From Paraspadella gotoi (lineage: Eukaryota > Animalia > Chaetognatha), in NCBI GenBank assembly GCA_051294375.1, contig CM119268.1:15398922-15437989 (forward strand): a DNA stretch of 39,068 nucleotides, read 5' to 3'. A program made the translations under genes and the position numbers. Below the pieces are notes generated by a model. That model worked only from the letters and a program-made list of their open reading frames with translations, searched no databases and was not told the DNA's origin. Below, piece by piece: positions 35,395 through 39,068 of this stretch (positions are counted from its first letter, which is position 1; each line of letters starts with the position of its first letter).

Positions 35395-35468
35395 GTGACG
35401 CTGTCGTCGAAGCGTGACGCCGGCGCGTGACGCTGACGCAGCCGCGTAATTGACGTCATCAGCGTCAT
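35395..35468. promoter_or_regulatory. Dense TGACG/TGACGTCA (CRE-like) motif cluster
   Basis: Four TGACGC, one TGACGTCA and one reverse GCGTCA within ~75 bp. Confidence 0.3.
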
Positions 35469-36678
35469 CAACGTCGTCGTGGAGTTTCCGGGGAAAAATG
35501 ATGAATTTCTCGGAGACGACGTCGGGAGATGACGAGGACGATAACTAAGACGACGACGACGATAACGACGACAACCTAAGCGAGAAAGAACATGGGACGA
35601 AATTTCTTTTTAGAAGAAAATTGGGGAAGTAGGAAGATTCGGTGAGGAACTCGTGAGGTGAGGTAATTCGAGGGCATTGGGTAAGGATTAAATCGCCGAG
35701 AAAAACCGAGTTAGTTGTCATATTTTTAAAACAGGACTTTGAAAAAATTTATATTAAGATTATAAGAAATTTTATTTCTCTCTTCATCTGCGTAGTCTTC
35801 GGTGGACCGTGGAGATTACTGCGTTCTCCTTCACTGTCATCCACCACCAGTGAATCACATCTTAACCTCGGCCCCGTTTGAATCCCGGAATCATTCATCA
35901 CACTCCCCCCTCCCCCTTCCCGTCCCATTTCCCCCCCTCACTTCTCACCAAAACATACACCATAGATTTCTAACGCCATGAAATCCTGACATCCGGTTCC
36001 CATTACATCGAAGGAAAATCGGATAAAAGATGATGAAAAACGTGCCACCCTAACAAACATAAATTTCCCCGCCGCTGTTTCGACGACGCCGCCAGAGGAT
36101 TTTTTCGCTTCGCCGCCGCGCCAGGCTGCGGCTCCGGACGCAGGAGAAACGCCAGACGAAAGGACGAGGCCGGAAAAAAAATAACAAGGAATGAATGCGG
36201 CAGCTGGAACTGGACAAGAGAGTCGCTGGAGCCGGAGAGATTGAAAGGCGTGTAGGAAAGATTTAGGGTGGAGGGCTTTCCTTGTGAGGAGCATTGACTA
36301 TTCCAAGTGCAGATAATAAAAAATAGGGTTTTTGATAATTTACATTAACACAGCGTTTTTCAAAGAAACTGTCTCGAACCCGCGATGCGGGACCCTTCAC
36401 ATCAACAGTTCTCACCCTTTTTAAAAAAAGTGAATTGAAAATCGAGGGAAAGTCAAATTTTTGGAGCCGGGGAAAGGGGCGTTCCCTGAAGGACGATGGG
36501 GTGGAGGAGCTTCTCTTATGAAAAGTGGGACGACGACGACGACCGACGAGGATAACGACGACGACGACGACGACAACGTCGACGACGACGACGACAACGA
36601 CGACGACGACGAAACTTTTTCCGCTTCATGATGAAACTCGTCACGATTTTCGGTCGACGACTCTTTTGGGTCTCAAGA

Positions 36679-36720
36679 AAACTGGGTGAGACTCACGAAG
36701 GGAAACTGGGTGAGACTCAC
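36679..36720. repeat. Exact 18-bp direct repeat AAACTGGGTGAGACTCAC, period 24
   Basis: Copies at 36679-36696 and 36703-36720; each contains the odd palindrome GTGAG-A-CTCAC. Confidence 0.85.
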
Positions 36721-37344
36721 TTAGGACTCAAAAGTCAAAAAACTTTTCGGTTCATTTTTAACACAATTTTTTTTCTTTATTCTTGTTTTGCCTTTTAAAA
36801 CTATAATATTTAAAAATAAACAATAATAGCATTATAGTAGGTACAAAAGTAGCGCAATTGAGCTGATAAAACGCAGATCTACTTCCTTTTGTAAATCTTT
36901 CTCTCCCATTCCCGCTGTCGTATCTCTACGTTCTAACTAAGCTCTTCTCCCTTCCCCTTATTTCTTACCATTTCGTGGGTCTTTCTCCTTCCACTTCTTA
37001 ATTCTCATTCCCCAATTTGACTTCTCTCTCTCTCTTCTTCTTCACTTACCAAATCAAACTCACTCACTCTCCCCTTTCCCTCCCAAGCCAAATCCGACTC
37101 TTTCAATCTTTTTTTTTTTTTAATTCAATTCACTCACTCTCGTCTCTCACTATCGAGAACAACGACGACAACGAAAACAATAGCAGCAGAGTGAGGTCGT
37201 TTTGGTGCCACCCTGCACTCTCCCTCACCTTCTCTCCCTCGGATGAACTCGTAAATGATGAATTGTCTCGTGGGGACGGACAAAGCAAAGAGAAAGAGAG
37301 AGAGAGAAGAGAGAGAGAGACGAGAGTAAGAGAGTAGAGAGAGT

Positions 37345-37417
<73 letters not shown>

Positions 37418-37651
37418 AGAGAGAGGAAGAGAGAGAGAAGGAGAAGAGAGAGAGAGAGTCGTCCCTCCAGAGAACAGAGAAACCACATACGAGATAAAGG
37501 ATTAGGGCAAAACTCGAGTAATGGTTCGGCCCGACGTCAGGCGGCGACCAAAGACGACTGACGAATCGACGACGACGTCGGCGCCATTCGATCCAAATGT
37601 CACTTTCGCCAAAAATTATGACTTTTACGGCCTCGACGATGACGCATCGGC

Positions 37652-37683
<32 letters not shown>

Positions 37684-39068
37684 TTTCAGAGATTCGAAAC
37701 CTTGGGCACCACAAAGGTTTAGGTTAGTTGAGAATAGAGAAGCCATTTTTAGTTATAAATTTACCTAATAATAATTTTAATCGTCTTTCTTTTGACGTCC
37801 TTTCATTTAATTAATCTACCCGCTGAATTTCCGTCATCTTTTGTCTCTTCCAAGTTTTCTTTCTTCCATATTTTCTTTCTCTTTTCTTTCCTCCCTTCCT
37901 CCCTTTTTTTTCTTTCCTTCTCCGGCGCAGGAGCGAAAACTTCTTTGTGTCGTCTCTTCTTCCCGCGGGACTTATTATCCAAAACAGGACAATTTCAAAC
38001 TTCTCCTCCTCCTCATTCTCACACTCTTCCTCGTCCCGTTTTAATCTCTCGTTCTCCTCCTCTTCCTCCTCCTCCTCGGCTAAAATCTATTGTTCTTCAT
38101 TGTTCTTTTTCTTCTTAAATGGTCTTTTGTGTCAAATTTTTTTTCCAAAAAAGTTAGGAGAGAAACGACTTGTTTTTTTTGTCAAATGGCCTCGTAATTT
38201 GTTGTTGTTTTTGTTTCCGGATGTCTTTTGTTTTTTCTATTTTGGAAGTTTTCGCTCCTTTAATGAGATGACATTTAGAAGGAAGGATAACGACGCTCGA
38301 CGCCGCGCGCGGGGAACCCAGATTTTTGGATGCCAACGGGTGTACGTCAATTTGGCGAAGGAGAAAAGAAATTAGGCATTATGGTGAGCGGACGGAAATT
38401 GACATTCATTCTGAGACATCTTTCAGGCTATCTATTCCTAAAATTCTTCCGTCAGAGAAGTCGTTTCCATGGAGATTTGAATTATTAAATACCTTAAAAA
38501 ATTAATAATTAAAAAAAAAAAAAACAGAAAAAAATACAAACCTATAATTCATGCAAATTATCGGGATTAAGCCTAAATTTTGATCATTTAAAAAAACTTA
38601 TTCTTTCAGTTAAAAATTCAAGGAAACAGTAAGCGAAGATGTTCACTCTTCCCTTTTCTACTTAGAATCAGTTTTCGAATCCAACTGTCGTCCAAACAGC
38701 CAAACCTCTTCTAACCCCCAAACGACCCACCTCCCCACATCAGCCGCACTCCCGCTCCCAGAGGACGAAGAGCGAGAGACAAGTTATTCCATTGAAAGTT
38801 ATGGATGTATTCGGAAGTCGCCCTTTGCGGCAGGCGCCGCTGCAGCCGCCGCCGCTGCCGCCGCCACAAACCGCCGGCGGCAAACATCCGGGACAAAAGA
38901 TGGCTGCCATCGGAAGGTGGAGAGTCACTCATCATTTTGGCAGTTGGACCGTTTGCTTCCGTCTTTGTCGCGGGCTTTTTCGTCCTTTTCGTTGTCGTTG
39001 TTGTTGTCGTTGTTGCCTTATCAGCTCCATTGTCGTTGTCTCCTCCGTTTCCGTCATTTTTTATTGGC

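Noticed and set aside
35800-36395. B-box-like words (gtttgaatccc ~35876; minus-strand gggttcgaga ~36372-36381)
   Set aside because: Isolated short matches without tRNA structure.
184-38935. Most supplied ORFs (poly-ER, poly-SL, poly-T, poly-D, poly-X)
   Set aside because: They are translations of GA/CT/GAC microsatellites, polypyrimidine tracts or N-gaps, with no domain signal.

Overview
This is eukaryotic DNA, probably invertebrate (organism not identifiable), from a draft assembly. It is mostly non-coding and AT-rich, with CpG-rich patches, very dense (GA/CT)n and (GAC/GTC)n microsatellites and 11 N-gaps. Almost all ORFs in the supplied track are microsatellite or gap artefacts. Much of the window looks like noisy long-read gap fill. 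Three gaps are exactly 25 N. About 5 kb at 18478-23445 is repeated head-to-tail at 23450-30394 with many indels, and ~6480-8350 reappears as an insertion-inflated copy at ~8420-11360. The best coding signal, missed by the ORF track, is a multi-exon minus-strand locus at ~2220-5186. By eye, against a human sequence recalled from memory, it resembles NUDT13/NudC-family NADH pyrophosphatases, but it has three in-frame stops, frame breaks and no visible Nudix box, so it is a pseudogene or an error-laden gene. One of its introns holds a ~1 kb CCCTAA-containing 16-bp minisatellite. Other structures are a ~530-680 bp palindrome near 30.9 kb, an ~85-bp tandem repeat at a gap and clusters of TGACG/GACGTCA motifs. 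I found no convincing novel biological system, and no CRISPR array, rRNA or intact tRNA.
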